The translations under genes and the position numbers were made by a program. A model generated the notes under the pieces. The model was not told the origin of the DNA, ran no database searches, and was given only the letters and a program-made list of their open reading frames with translations. A stretch of DNA of 62,474 nt, the filler included. It is 4 parts of 4 records of this genome, joined end to end, with 100 filler letters (N's around TTAATTAATTAA, not from the genome) between each part and the next. Parts side by side here need not be neighbours in the genome. Positions count along the whole stretch, not along the records: positions 45,102 to 54,878 come from DRR723986_606; positions 54,979 to 62,474 come from DRR723986_608; 2 more parts are not named here. One strand, written 5' to 3'. This document shows, piece by piece, positions 51,231 through 60,904 of the stretch; position 1 is the first letter of the stretch; each line of letters begins with the position of its first letter.

Positions 51231-52793
51231 TTATTCGATAACCAGATCGCCCAGGTAGGGGAAGTTCATGACATTGAGCACCGGCTCGATGTTCACGCCC
51301 TTGCGAGAGGCCCAGGCCAGGTCCTGCCAGTGCAGCGGTACGAAGGCTGCGTCGTCGTACAGACGCTGTTCCACTTCCTGCAGCATGGCCGCACGCTTGT
51401 CCAGGTCGGTCTCCACGTTGGCTTTTTCCACCAGGGCATCGATTTCCGGGTTGCAGTAGTTGCCGGCGTTGTACTGGCCATCACCGCTGTCAGCATCCGG
51501 GCAGAAGGTGAGGAATTCGTAGAAGTTGGCCGAATCCTCGGTGTCTGCGTGCCAGCCAATCAGCATCATATCGGCGGCACGGTTGTCATACTCCGGCCAG
51601 TACTGGGCTTTCGGCAGGGTTTTCAGGTCCACCTTGATGTTGATGCGCGCCAGCATGGCCGCCGCTGCCTGTGCGATCTTGTCGTCGTTCACGTAGCGGT
51701 TGTTGGGGGCCATCATGGTGATGGTAAAGCCGTCCTCATAGCCGGCTTCTTTCATCAGCTGCTTGGCTTTCTCAACATCGAAGCGAGGCTTCAGGTTTTC
51801 GTTATGGCCCTGGTAACCCGCTGGCGACATCTGTGCTGCCGGCGTGGCAAAGCCTTTCATGATCTTGGCAGCAATGCCTTCCTGGTTGATGGCGTAGGCG
51901 ATGGCCTGGCGAACTTTCGGATTCTTGAAGGCTTCAACCCGCTCCTGATTCATATGGAACAGGATGATACGGGTGCCGCTCATGGTCACCAGTTCGCTGT
52001 TGCGGTCGCGCTTGATGCGGTCCAGATCATTGGGCGGAACCGGAGCGATGAAGTCGACACCACCGGACAGCAGAGCGGATACCCGGGTAGCATTTTCCTT
52101 GATCGGAGTCAGCACGATCTTGCCCACGTTGCCCGGAGACTCAGTATCCCAGTAATCATCGAAACGCTCGAACTCGACACGCACGCCCTGTTTACGCTCG
52201 GTTACCGTGTAAGGACCGGTGCCGGACAGGTTCTCGGAAGCGAAGGAGTTGCCGTGCTTGAGGATGGCGTCCTTGTCTTTGCCATCTTCGGTCTGGCCGG
52301 AATAGAACTCACTGTCCAGCGGGAAAATGTAGGTGGCGGTGTTCAGCAGCAGAGGGTAAGGCTCGCTGGTGACCAGCTCGAAGGTGTAATCGCCGATCAC
52401 GTTGATGGCGCTGAAGGGTTTGAAAATCGCCTTGAAGTCCTGGCTTTCCTTCAGTCGCTCAAAGGTGAACTTCACATCGGCCGTGGTCAGTTCGTTACCG
52501 GAATGGAACTTCACACCCTCGCGCAGCTTGAAGCGCATGGTCTTGTCGTCCACACGCTCCCAGCTTTCTGCCAGGCGCGGCTCGAAACCCAGATCTTTGG
52601 TCCAGCGCAACAGCGGATCAAAGGTCATGTGGGACAACTGCAGAATGCCGCCAGACAACTGCTCATGAATATCGAGGGTTACGGGATCGGCGTCGTACGC
52701 CATTTTCAGTTCTTTGGTCGCATCGGCTGCCAGGGCCAGAGGCGCAGACGCCAGGGCCATAGAGCCAACAAAAGCTGCCAGTATCTTTTTCAT
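51231..52793 (-). CDS. peptide ABC transporter substrate-binding protein (family 5)
   Basis: Signal peptide; LAESW, LREGVKFH.G, GTGPY, VRQAIAYAIN. Confidence 0.93.
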   Translation of the reverse strand: MKKILAAFVGSMALASAPLALAADATKELKMAYDADPVTLDIHEQLSGGILQLSHMTFDPLLRWTKDLGFEPRLAESWERVDDKTMRFKLREGVKFHSGNELTTADVKFTFERLKESQDFKAIFKPFSAINVIGDYTFELVTSEPYPLLLNTATYIFPLDSEFYSGQTEDGKDKDAILKHGNSFASENLSGTGPYTVTERKQGVRVEFERFDDYWDTESPGNVGKIVLTPIKENATRVSALLSGGVDFIAPVPPNDLDRIKRDRNSELVTMSGTRIILFHMNQERVEAFKNPKVRQAIAYAINQEGIAAKIMKGFATPAAQMSPAGYQGHNENLKPRFDVEKAKQLMKEAGYEDGFTITMMAPNNRYVNDDKIAQAAAAMLARINIKVDLKTLPKAQYWPEYDNRAADMMLIGWHADTEDSANFYEFLTFCPDADSGDGQYNAGNYCNPEIDALVEKANVETDLDKRAAMLQEVEQRLYDDAAFVPLHWQDLAWASRKGVNIEPVLNVMNFPYLGDLVIE

Positions 52794-52949
52794 CGCGTTT
52801 TCCGTCGCTGTTTTAGGAATTTTCACGGAACATCGGTGCAGGACGGCACCGATTGCCTGGCAAACAAGCTAGTCTCGGAAAACCCTTACGGCAATCGAAA
52901 TTGCAACATGGAGCTATTCGTATGGTGAATGACCCAAAAAGCAGCAGCC

Positions 52950-53672
52950 TCAGAACGGAAAGACAAAGGGCAAAAACAGCGCCGTAAACACACCCGTCAA
53001 TCCCATCCCCAGGGAGGCAAAAGCGCCCGCCGTGGGGCTGATCTCAAATGCCCGGGCAGTGCCAATGGCATGGCCATTAAGCCCCAGGGCAAAACCCACC
53101 ATCCGGTCATCGGAGATCTTCATCCATTTGGCACCCCAGTCCACAAATACCGAGGCCAGTACGCCTGTAATCAGCAGACCGCCGAGGGTGAGCGCAACCG
53201 AGCCACCCAGCTGTTCTGCAATACCCATGGCAATGGGCGCGGTAACCGACTTAGGCGCCAGCGACGCCAGTATGGAAAGCGGAGCGTCCATAAGCCAGGC
53301 AATACCCACCGCATAGACAGCTGCCAGACTGGCCGCCAGTGGCAAGGTGCACAGAATTGGCCGCCAGAGCGCGCGAATATGGTGCATCTGCTGATACAAA
53401 GGCACACCCAGGGCCACCGTCGCCGGGCCCAACAATACCGTTAACCAGCGCGCCCCCTGCTGATAGGTTTCATAGCCAATACCACTGGCCGCCACAGCCC
53501 CCGCCAGAATCACCGCCGCCATCAATACCGGCGGCATCCACAGGGGGCGTCCCACCTTCGCGAACAACCAGTTTGCCGCCATAAACGCCGCCAGCGTCAG
53601 GGCAATGGAAAGCATCGGGCCTGTGGTCCAGACCAACAGCAATTCCTGCATTCGTACGTTGAACTCAGTCAT
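52950..53672 (-). CDS. LrgB family protein
   Basis: LGPATVALGVPLY, PKSVTAPIAM, HAIGTARA. Confidence 0.93.
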   Translation of the reverse strand: MTEFNVRMQELLLVWTTGPMLSIALTLAAFMAANWLFAKVGRPLWMPPVLMAAVILAGAVAASGIGYETYQQGARWLTVLLGPATVALGVPLYQQMHHIRALWRPILCTLPLAASLAAVYAVGIAWLMDAPLSILASLAPKSVTAPIAMGIAEQLGGSVALTLGGLLITGVLASVFVDWGAKWMKISDDRMVGFALGLNGHAIGTARAFEISPTAGAFASLGMGLTGVFTALFLPFVFPF

Positions 53673-54054
53673 GACTGTGCCCCCGGGTGCGATCTCCCGC
53701 TGTTTTCTTCATCAGCCACAGCGTGGTCACGGAACTCAGCAAGGTCCCCGCAACCAAAGCCACCGCAACGGAAAACCAGTGGCCCGCAAAGCGATCGGCA
53801 ATAAAGAACACCCCCACAACCCCCGGTGAAATCAGCAGCACCAGCACCGAGATCAGCCCGCGACTGGCTTCCGCCAACTGATCACTGACCCGCCCCCGCA
53901 GCATCAGAGTGGCCGTGACCATGACCATCCCCAGCACGCCACCGCTGATGGGCAGGCCGACCAGCACCCGCAGTGCCTCACCCAGCAGAAAAAACACCAC
54001 CAGAACCAGAAAACCCCGCAACAACACCATGCTGCTATGCCCCGCCACACTCAA
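53665..54054 (-). CDS. CidA/LrgA family protein
   Basis: 4 TM; LP..G.VLGM, P..VGV; overlaps lrgB start. Confidence 0.88.
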   Translation of the reverse strand: MSVAGHSSMVLLRGFLVLVVFFLLGEALRVLVGLPISGGVLGMVMVTATLMLRGRVSDQLAEASRGLISVLVLLISPGVVGVFFIADRFAGHWFSVAVALVAGTLLSSVTTLWLMKKTAGDRTRGHSHD

Positions 54055-54108
54055 TATGCTCTACACTAACGCCCTGATCCGCCCAAAGACCACAGGACTA
54101 TTCATTCA

Positions 54109-54654
54109 ATGGCACTGAAAGCCACCATCTTCAAAGCCACCCTCCATATCGCCGATATGGACCGGCACTACTACGCCGACCACCATCTGACCGTTGCCCG
54201 CCATCCCTCTGAAACCGACGAGCGGATGATGATCCGGCTGCTGGCCTTCGCCCTCAACGCCAACGATAACCTGGAATTTACCAAAGGCCTGAGCACCGAC
54301 GACGAGCCGGAACTCTGGCAAAAATCCCTGACCGGAGATATCGAACTCTGGGTGGAACTGGGCCTGCCCGAGGAAGACCGCCTGCGCAAGGCCTGCAACA
54401 AGGCCAACCAGGTCATTCTCTATACCTACGGCGGGCGTGCGGTGCCGGTGTGGTGGGACAAGCACCATAACAAGCTGGAAAGATTTAGCAACCTTACTGT
54501 TGTCGACCTTCCGGCAGAAGGAACAGCCGCACTGGCGGCCCTGGCAGAACGGTCCATGACCTTGCAGGTAAGCATCCAGGATGGCGAAGTGACCATCAGC
54601 AACGAGCAAAATCTGGTCAACCTGACGCCAGACCAGCGGCTACCTCGAATTTGA
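54109..54654 (+). CDS. yaeQ: YaeQ family protein
   Basis: MALKATIFKA, ARHPSETDERMM.RLLA, KGLS.DDEPELW. Confidence 0.95.
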   Translation: MALKATIFKATLHIADMDRHYYADHHLTVARHPSETDERMMIRLLAFALNANDNLEFTKGLSTDDEPELWQKSLTGDIELWVELGLPEEDRLRKACNKANQVILYTYGGRAVPVWWDKHHNKLERFSNLTVVDLPAEGTAALAALAERSMTLQVSIQDGEVTISNEQNLVNLTPDQRLPRI

Positions 54655-54677
54655 ACGAAACGCTTGATGGCCGGGGC

Positions 54678-54706
54678 TGGACAGAAGCCGCCGGCACACG
54701 TAAGAT
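54678..54706 (+). promoter_or_regulatory. sigma70 promoter for the tRNA
   Basis: TGGACA-17-TAAGAT followed by GC-rich TGCGC discriminator. Confidence 0.55.
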
Positions 54707-54744
54707 TGCGCACTCGAAATTGACGAGCACTCGTTATTTCGAAT

Positions 54745-54797
54745 GCGCCCGTAGCTCAGCTGGATAGAGCGTTGCCCTCCGGAGGCAAGGGTCAGAG
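54745..54797 (+). tRNA. tRNA-Arg(CCG), 3'-truncated (pseudo-tRNA)
   Basis: GCGCCCG-TA-GCTCAGCTGGATAGAGC D arm; TTGCC-CTCCGGA-GGCAA anticodon arm; GTTCGAAT loop and 3' acceptor strand absent. Confidence 0.8.
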
Positions 54798-54848
54798 AAA
54801 AAATCCGGAACCGAAGGCAACGGTCAAACATGCCAAACTTGTTGAAAT

Positions 54849-54878
54849 CCGCCCGTAGCTCAGCTGGATAGAGCGTCG
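54849..54878 (+). tRNA. 5' part of a second tRNA-Arg-like gene, cut by contig end
   Basis: GCCCGTAGCTCAGCTGGATAGAGCGT identical to 54747-54772; anticodon not visible. Confidence 0.6.
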
Positions 54879-54978
54879 NNNNNNNNNNNNNNNNNNNNNN
54901 NNNNNNNNNNNNNNNNNNNNNNTTAATTAATTAANNNNNNNNNNNNNNNNNNNNNNNNNNNNNNNNNNNNNNNNNNNN
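54879..54978. other. artificial contig spacer
   Basis: 44 N + TTAATTAATTAA + 44 N. Confidence 0.98.
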
Positions 54979-54991
54979 ATCAAGGCCGCGT

Positions 54992-55254
54992 ATTCTACAT
55001 CGTTCCGCTGCCCTGTCAACCGTTTATTTTTCGCTGTTTTCGCTTCCGAAAACCGCCGAAAAACTCTCCGGCTTACTGCCTGTTTCGAGGTGCGCATTCT
55101 ACACTGAACCGCCTTCCTGTCAACCGCTTTCTGAAGTTTTTATGAAACATTTTCTTCAGCGCTTTCAAGCAGTTATCGCTCAGGCTTTGCCTCTTTTCAG
55201 TGGCCTGCCCCTCAAGCGAGATGCGCATTCTACAGACCTCAGCCGAGGAGTCAA
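54992..55254 (-). promoter_or_regulatory. three tandem stable-RNA (rrn-type) sigma70 promoters
   Basis: TTGACT/TTGACA-16-TAGAAT at 55254-55227, 55123-55096 and 55019-54992, each followed by a GC-rich discriminator. Confidence 0.85.
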
Positions 55255-55299
55255 CGGCCAATCTGAAAAAAATTCAGATTGGCCAAAACGCCACGAAAA

Positions 55300-56502
55300 T
55301 CACTCGACAATTATCACCCGGGCAATCTTCTTTTTACCCGCCTGGATGACACACTCATCCCCTGCTACGAACATGCGCTGCCCCTCAAACTGCTGGCCAT
55401 CCACATAAACCGCTCCACGCCCAAGCACGTCACGCGCCGCAGCACCGTTCTTCACCAGACCAGCAAGACGCAGAACCGCAGGCATCGGAATCTCACCCTG
55501 ACCTTCCAGCGAAACCTCCACGACCGGTACGTTGTCCGGAATCTCACCGAGAGCAACCCGATTACCCGCCGACTTATGAGCCGTCTTTGCGGCCTCCTCA
55601 TCATGGAAGCGGGTAATCAACTCTTCAGCGAGCACCTTCTTATAGTCCTGAGGGTTTTCGCCGCCGGCAACCGCGGCTTTGAATTGCTCGATCTCAGCCA
55701 TCGGCCGGAAACTGAGCAACTCGAAGTAACGCCACAGCAACTCATCTGGCATGGAAAGCAGCTTGGTATACATCTCCCCCGGGGAGTCGCTGACCCCCAC
55801 ATAGTTACCGAGAGACTTGGACATCTTCTGGACACCATCCAGCCCCTCAAGGATAGGGACGGTCAGGATGGCCTGCGGTTTCTGGCCGTAATGCTTTTGC
55901 AAAATCCGCCCCATCAGAAGATTGAACTTCTGATCAGTGCCACCCAACTCAATATCAGCTTCCAGCGCCACTGAGTCGTAGCCCTGCACCAGAGGATAGA
56001 GGAATTCATGAATAGCGATTGGCTGCTCGGAACGATAGCGCTTGGTAAAGTCATCGCGCTCAAGCATACGGGCAACCGTATATTGCCCGGCCAGGCGAAT
56101 CATATCCGCCGCTGTCATCTTGCTCATCCACTCGGAGTTGAAGACAACCCGGGTTTTTTCCCGATCCAGAATCTTGAACACCTGCTCTTTATAGGTAATC
56201 GCATTGTCGCGCACCTGATCTTCAGTAAGCGGAGGCCGGGTAGCACTCTTTCCTGTGGGGTCACCGATCATGCCGGTAAAGTCACCAATCAGGAAAATAA
56301 CTTCGTGCCCAAGGTCCTGGAACTGACGCAGTTTGTTTATAAGAACCGTGTGGCCGAGGTGCAGGTCTGGTGCGGTTGGGTCGAAGCCGGCCTTCACTCG
56401 CAGCGGCCGACCTTCTTTCAGCTTTTCAACCAGGTCTTCCTCTGGAATCAGCTCATCAATACCCCGTTTGATAATCGCCAGCGCTTCATCTATTGATGCC
56501 AT
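55300..56502 (-). CDS. tyrS: tyrosine--tRNA ligase
   Basis: [27 protein letters not shown]-terminal S4-like domain. Confidence 0.97.
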   Translation of the reverse strand: MASIDEALAIIKRGIDELIPEEDLVEKLKEGRPLRVKAGFDPTAPDLHLGHTVLINKLRQFQDLGHEVIFLIGDFTGMIGDPTGKSATRPPLTEDQVRDNAITYKEQVFKILDREKTRVVFNSEWMSKMTAADMIRLAGQYTVARMLERDDFTKRYRSEQPIAIHEFLYPLVQGYDSVALEADIELGGTDQKFNLLMGRILQKHYGQKPQAILTVPILEGLDGVQKMSKSLGNYVGVSDSPGEMYTKLLSMPDELLWRYFELLSFRPMAEIEQFKAAVAGGENPQDYKKVLAEELITRFHDEEAAKTAHKSAGNRVALGEIPDNVPVVEVSLEGQGEIPMPAVLRLAGLVKNGAAARDVLGRGAVYVDGQQFEGQRMFVAGDECVIQAGKKKIARVIIVE

Positions 56503-56797
56503 GAACCCCTCACCCCGTCTGTGACAATAAAGCGGGAGCCGGTTACAGAGGTCTACAAAAGAAATCTGTGAGTTACCGGCACCCTTGGTACAGTAGAAAT
56601 GCTCAGAAAACGACCAGTTAGAGCATGAAAAGCCCGGGATTATAGCAGCGGCAGCGCAGTTTGTACGACCAGTACAGCCGCTCGACTGTAATGTTGGACA
56701 CTGTCGCAATTCTGTTATATGCGGTACTCTGTTGGTCTATACTTGACCTGGCGCTTTAATAAGCCGGTACAAATTACTGGATTACCGATTAAAACGG

Positions 56798-58186
56798 GTG
56801 AGCCACGTGCTGAAAACATTCCCCAAAACACACATTACCCTGGCGGCAGCCGCCACGGTGATCGTCTCTGCTGCTGTCCTGATGAGCCCAAGCGCAGACG
56901 TTGAAGCCAAGCGGATGAGCTACACCGTCGACCTGGAGCAGGGCCTGATTTCCGGGGCATCCTCACAGGAAGCCAGCACCCAAGCCGCCGCTCCGGAGGA
57001 TGAGACAACAAGCCAAACAACTGAAAGCCAAAGCCAACCAATGACAGCTCAGGCAGACGTTGCACCCGAGCCTGATATTCAGTGGCAGGAATTCACCATC
57101 AAATCTGGCGATACGCTCTCCACGTTGTTCCGGAAAGCCGGATTTAACGACGGCCTGATGCTTTCGGTGATTCACGGTGACGGCGAGGCCGACAAGCTCC
57201 AACGCCTTTATGCCGGCGAGGATATCCGGTTCGGCGTGAACTCCGAGGGCGAACTGGTTGCGATTGAACTCCAACGCTCTTTGTTGGAGTCCCTCAAAAT
57301 CGCGCGCACGGAAGATGGCTTTCTTGGTGAGACCGTCGTTCGCGAACCTGAAGCCAGACCGGCATTCGCCGCAGGCGTTATCGACGGGTCTTTATACCTC
57401 TCAGCCAGAGACGCCGGCCTGAATGATCGCCTGACGATGGAACTGGCCGGCATTTTCGGCTGGGACATCGACTTTGTATACGATGTCAGAAAAGGCGACA
57501 GCTTCGAAGTGGTTTACGAAGAGCTTTATATTGATGGCGAAAAGTTTGATACCGGCCGGATTCTCTCTGCCCGTTTTATCAACCGGGGTGAAGACAACCT
57601 TGCCCTGCTGTATACTGATGCCAACGGAGAAAGCGACTACTATTCCCCCGATGGCAAGAGCATGCGCAAGGCCTTCCTGAGAGTGCCGATCAACGCCCGG
57701 GTCTCTTCGCCCTTCAACCTGCAACGCCGCCATCCGGTTCTCGATGTGGTTCGTCCACACGAAGGTACCGATTATGCGGCACCTCCGGGCACCCCAATCA
57801 AGGCCGCCGGCAGCGGCCGGGTGAAGTTCGCCGGTTGGAAAGGCGGCTACGGCCGAACTGTAGTGCTGCAGCATGGCGACAACATTACAACACTCTACGC
57901 TCACATGAGCCGTCTGGGCAAAGGCATCAAGAATGGTACCCGGGTCAAGCAGGGAGAAACCATTGGCTATGTAGGTTCATCCGGCATGGTGACTGGCCCC
58001 CACCTGCATTATGAGTTCCGGATCAACGGTGCGCCGAGAAACTCCAGAACAGTCAAACTCCCCGACGCCAAGCCGGTACCGGACAGCGAGATGGCCAGGT
58101 TCCAGAAGTTCACTGAACAGCGCCTGGCACAGTTCAACGTGTTCCGCGAAAGCAATCAGCAGCTGGCGCTGGCCTCGGATAACTGA
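56798..58186 (+). CDS. OapA/LysM + M23 murein DD-endopeptidase (MepM-like)
   Basis: IKSGDTLS, H.GTDYAA, YAHMS, TGPHLHYE. Confidence 0.93.
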   Translation: MSHVLKTFPKTHITLAAAATVIVSAAVLMSPSADVEAKRMSYTVDLEQGLISGASSQEASTQAAAPEDETTSQTTESQSQPMTAQADVAPEPDIQWQEFTIKSGDTLSTLFRKAGFNDGLMLSVIHGDGEADKLQRLYAGEDIRFGVNSEGELVAIELQRSLLESLKIARTEDGFLGETVVREPEARPAFAAGVIDGSLYLSARDAGLNDRLTMELAGIFGWDIDFVYDVRKGDSFEVVYEELYIDGEKFDTGRILSARFINRGEDNLALLYTDANGESDYYSPDGKSMRKAFLRVPINARVSSPFNLQRRHPVLDVVRPHEGTDYAAPPGTPIKAAGSGRVKFAGWKGGYGRTVVLQHGDNITTLYAHMSRLGKGIKNGTRVKQGETIGYVGSSGMVTGPHLHYEFRINGAPRNSRTVKLPDAKPVPDSEMARFQKFTEQRLAQFNVFRESNQQLALASDN

Positions 58187-58188
58187 GC

Positions 58189-59289
58189 ATGGACTACTGG
58201 CTAGGCCTGATGTCAGGCACCAGCATGGACGCAGTTGATGCGGTGCTGGTGTCTTTCGACACGGACAGCCTGGCCGTCCACGAAACCTTCTCACTACCCT
58301 ATACCGACGCGCTGCGCCAGCGATTGCTGCTGGCAACGCGTAACCAGGCAGACCCGGATGAGCTGGGTGAACTGTACTCCCTGGTTGGCCAGCATTTTGC
58401 GGAAGCCGGTGCCCAACTGATTAAAAAGTCCGGCGTTGATCCTCAAAAGATCCGGGCCGCAGGCAGCCATGGCCAGACCATTCGCCACCAACCAACCGGA
58501 AACGCCCCCTTTTCCCTTCAGATCGGCAACGCCGCGTGGCTATCCGAACGTCTGGGAATCACCACAGTTGCCGATTTCCGAAGTCGGGACATCGCCGCCG
58601 GCGGACAGGGCGCTCCCCTGGTACCCGCTTTTCATCGCTGGCTATTTGCCTCACCCACTCAGGATAGATGCATTCTGAATCTCGGAGGTATCGCCAATAT
58701 CACCTGGCTGCCGGCCGGATCGAGAAAGCCGGTCGTCGGCTTCGATACCGGCCCGGCCAATGCTCTGCTGGACGCCTGGTGCCTGGACCAGACCGGTCGG
58801 CATTTTGATGAAGACGGCCACATGGCCAGTGAGGGCGCGACCCATTCCGAACTGCTTGCCAGCATGCTGTCAGACGCCTACTTCAGCAAACCAGCTCCGA
58901 AGAGTACGGGCAAAGAGCGTTTCAACATCGACTGGGTGCGCACGCATCTTCAGCGTTTCGACGAGATACCCGCCGAGGACGTGCAGAGAACCCTGCTGCA
59001 ACTGACCGTGACCACCATTCTCCAGCAGTTACCACAGGAAAATGCGGACATGGCCGTGTATGCCTGTGGTGGTGGCACCTTCAATCGATTACTGATGAGA
59101 GAGCTCAAGGTAGGCCTTGGGTCCGCCGCACTGCACACCACGGCGGATCTTGGTCTTGACCCTCAATGGGTAGAGCCGGTGGCGTTCGCCTGGCTGGCCC
59201 GACAAACCATCCTTCAGTTACCGGGCAACGTGCCCGAAGTCACCGGCGCTTCGGGCGAGAGAATACTGGGCGCAATTTATCCGCCCTGA
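58189..59289 (+). CDS. anmK: anhydro-N-acetylmuramic acid kinase
   Basis: GLMSGTSMD, GSHGQT, GGQGAPLVP, FDTGPAN, PKSTG.E.F. Confidence 0.97.
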   Translation: MDYWLGLMSGTSMDAVDAVLVSFDTDSLAVHETFSLPYTDALRQRLLLATRNQADPDELGELYSLVGQHFAEAGAQLIKKSGVDPQKIRAAGSHGQTIRHQPTGNAPFSLQIGNAAWLSERLGITTVADFRSRDIAAGGQGAPLVPAFHRWLFASPTQDRCILNLGGIANITWLPAGSRKPVVGFDTGPANALLDAWCLDQTGRHFDEDGHMASEGATHSELLASMLSDAYFSKPAPKSTGKERFNIDWVRTHLQRFDEIPAEDVQRTLLQLTVTTILQQLPQENADMAVYACGGGTFNRLLMRELKVGLGSAALHTTADLGLDPQWVEPVAFAWLARQTILQLPGNVPEVTGASGERILGAIYPP

Positions 59290-59290
59290 T

Positions 59291-59644
59291 TCAGATGGAA
59301 AATGAGCTGCCGCAACCGCAGGTCGAACTCGCATTGGGGTTCTGAACCACAAACTGTGAACCCTGAAGCCCTTCCTGATAATCGATAGTAGCCCCTACCA
59401 GATACTGATAGCTCATGGAGTCAACCAGCAGCTTGACGCCGTCCCGCTCGATGACGGTGTCATCCTCTTCCTGGCTTTCATCAAATGAAAAGCCGTACTG
59501 GAATCCGGAGCAGCCGCCGCCTGTCACAAAGACGCGCAACTTGAGATCGGGATTTTCTTCTTCCTCGATCAACTCGCGCACCTTCGCGACGGCGTTATCG
59601 GTGAAAAACAACGGCGTGGCCATCTGTTGCTGAACTACACTCAA
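59291..59644 (-). CDS. erpA: A-type Fe-S carrier ErpA
   Basis: [31 protein letters not shown]. Confidence 0.96.
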   Translation of the reverse strand: MSVVQQQMATPLFFTDNAVAKVRELIEEEENPDLKLRVFVTGGGCSGFQYGFSFDESQEEDDTVIERDGVKLLVDSMSYQYLVGATIDYQEGLQGSQFVVQNPNASSTCGCGSSFSI

Positions 59645-59685
59645 AGTCTGCCTCCGGCATGATATTGCTGTCGGGAAATTATGGT

Positions 59686-59710
59686 ATTCCTGACTAAAAC
59701 AATCAACTAT
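59686..59710 (-). promoter_or_regulatory. IscR type-1 binding site upstream of erpA
   Basis: Minus strand ATAGTTGATTGTTTTAGTCAGGAAT fits the ATASYYGAC..N..GTCRRSWAT type-1 IscR motif. Confidence 0.75.
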
Positions 59711-60153
59711 TCGGACTTATCCTCATCTTCACCTGTAAGAGAACCATCTGCCTGTCGGTGCTCATGGGTCAGCAGGCCACTGGTCTCGTCCTTGCGAACC
59801 AGGTTACCGTTGACCGAGGCGCCCATGGCCATCTCAATCAGCTGGTAATACACATTGCCGGTGACTACCGCTTTTTCTGCCAGCTCGAGGTGGGCAGAGG
59901 CATGCACATCACCCTTTACCTTGCCATTGATGATGATGTGGGGGGCCACCACGTCGCCAACGATTTCCCCCACTTCTGACAAACGTACCACCGCATCGGA
60001 GCCTTCTTCGGCGACAACCCGGCCCTTGATGGTGCCATCTACGTGAAGGCCACCGGAGAAATGAACATCGCCCTCAACGGTGGTCTTGCCGGAAATCAGG
60101 GTGTCAAAATGGCCGGGGGAACGGCGGGGCTTCTGCTTTTTCTTGCCAAGCAT
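59707..60153 (-). CDS. bactofilin (polymer-forming cytoskeletal protein)
   Basis: TLI...[17 protein letters not shown] beta-helix repeats. Confidence 0.92.
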   Translation of the reverse strand: MLGKKKQKPRRSPGHFDTLISGKTTVEGDVHFSGGLHVDGTIKGRVVAEEGSDAVVRLSEVGEIVGDVVAPHIIINGKVKGDVHASAHLELAEKAVVTGNVYYQLIEMAMGASVNGNLVRKDETSGLLTHEHRQADGSLTGEDEDKSE

Positions 60154-60154
60154 T

Positions 60155-60895
60155 TCAATTCTCCGTTAAATCTTTCCAATCAAAGGTTCGTTCAGCCTGG
60201 GATGCCTTGCGGCCCTCCGCCTGGGCAACGACCTGAATCTCATAGGGCTCAAAGCTCTCAGGCAGGCGCAGGCTGCCCTCCACATCCTGGAAGTAGCGGA
60301 ACCGGAATTTCACGCCCAGATCATCAATCTCATCCGACAGATCCCTCAGCGCAATGACCTCTTTCTCGCCATCCAGACGACCGATGACATTCACGGCCAC
60401 CAGGCCTGAAATATAGCTCTTGTTGTTGCCAACCTGAGTCAGCACCATTTTGAAATCGAAAGCGCCAGACTCCCGGGCCGGGCTCAGCGTAAAACTGTCC
60501 ACCTGCAGACCCTTGCTGGTTTCCGAAGGCGCCATGATATTGCGGTAGAAGGTAAGGTCCGCCTCCAGCTCCGAGATGCGGGTCTCCAGGCCGACAATCG
60601 TGTTTCGCGCCTCCCGCAGTGCCTGCTCGTCGATGGCGCGCCCACGTTCGAGGTTCACCAAGCCCTGGCGTGCCTCCCGGTATTGCTCCCGCAGGTTCTC
60701 CACCTCCTCCACCAGCTGCTCGGCAGACGCTTCCGCCGAGCTGAAACGGAAACCGCCCTGGGCGAGCCCAGCGGCATATCCGGCCACAGCCGCAATGACG
60801 GTGAATGCCAGCAGAATCAGGCTGCGACGTAACCGGTAACCCGGCCGGTGGCGGATAACAACGTATTCATCCGCCGGTTTTCGAGGATCACTCAC
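60155..60895 (-). CDS. membrane-anchored coiled-coil protein (DUF6776-like)
   Basis: N-terminal TM, coiled coil ending L.FYRNIMAP, F.FRYFQ..EG.L.LP..F.P. Confidence 0.75.
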   Translation of the reverse strand: MSDPRKPADEYVVIRHRPGYRLRRSLILLAFTVIAAVAGYAAGLAQGGFRFSSAEASAEQLVEEVENLREQYREARQGLVNLERGRAIDEQALREARNTIVGLETRISELEADLTFYRNIMAPSETSKGLQVDSFTLSPARESGAFDFKMVLTQVGNNKSYISGLVAVNVIGRLDGEKEVIALRDLSDEIDDLGVKFRFRYFQDVEGSLRLPESFEPYEIQVVAQAEGRKASQAERTFDWKDLTEN

Positions 60896-60904
60896 GGCCC
60901 GTCC

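Noticed and set aside
51174-52928. Long + strand ORFs (584 aa; also 47146-48225, 50091-51146, 7732-8607)
   Set aside because: Antisense shadows of well-supported minus-strand genes, caused by codon bias
54845-55020. tRNA fragment and rrn promoters forming one stable-RNA locus
   Set aside because: Separated by an artificial spacer and on opposite strands; adjacency is not evidence
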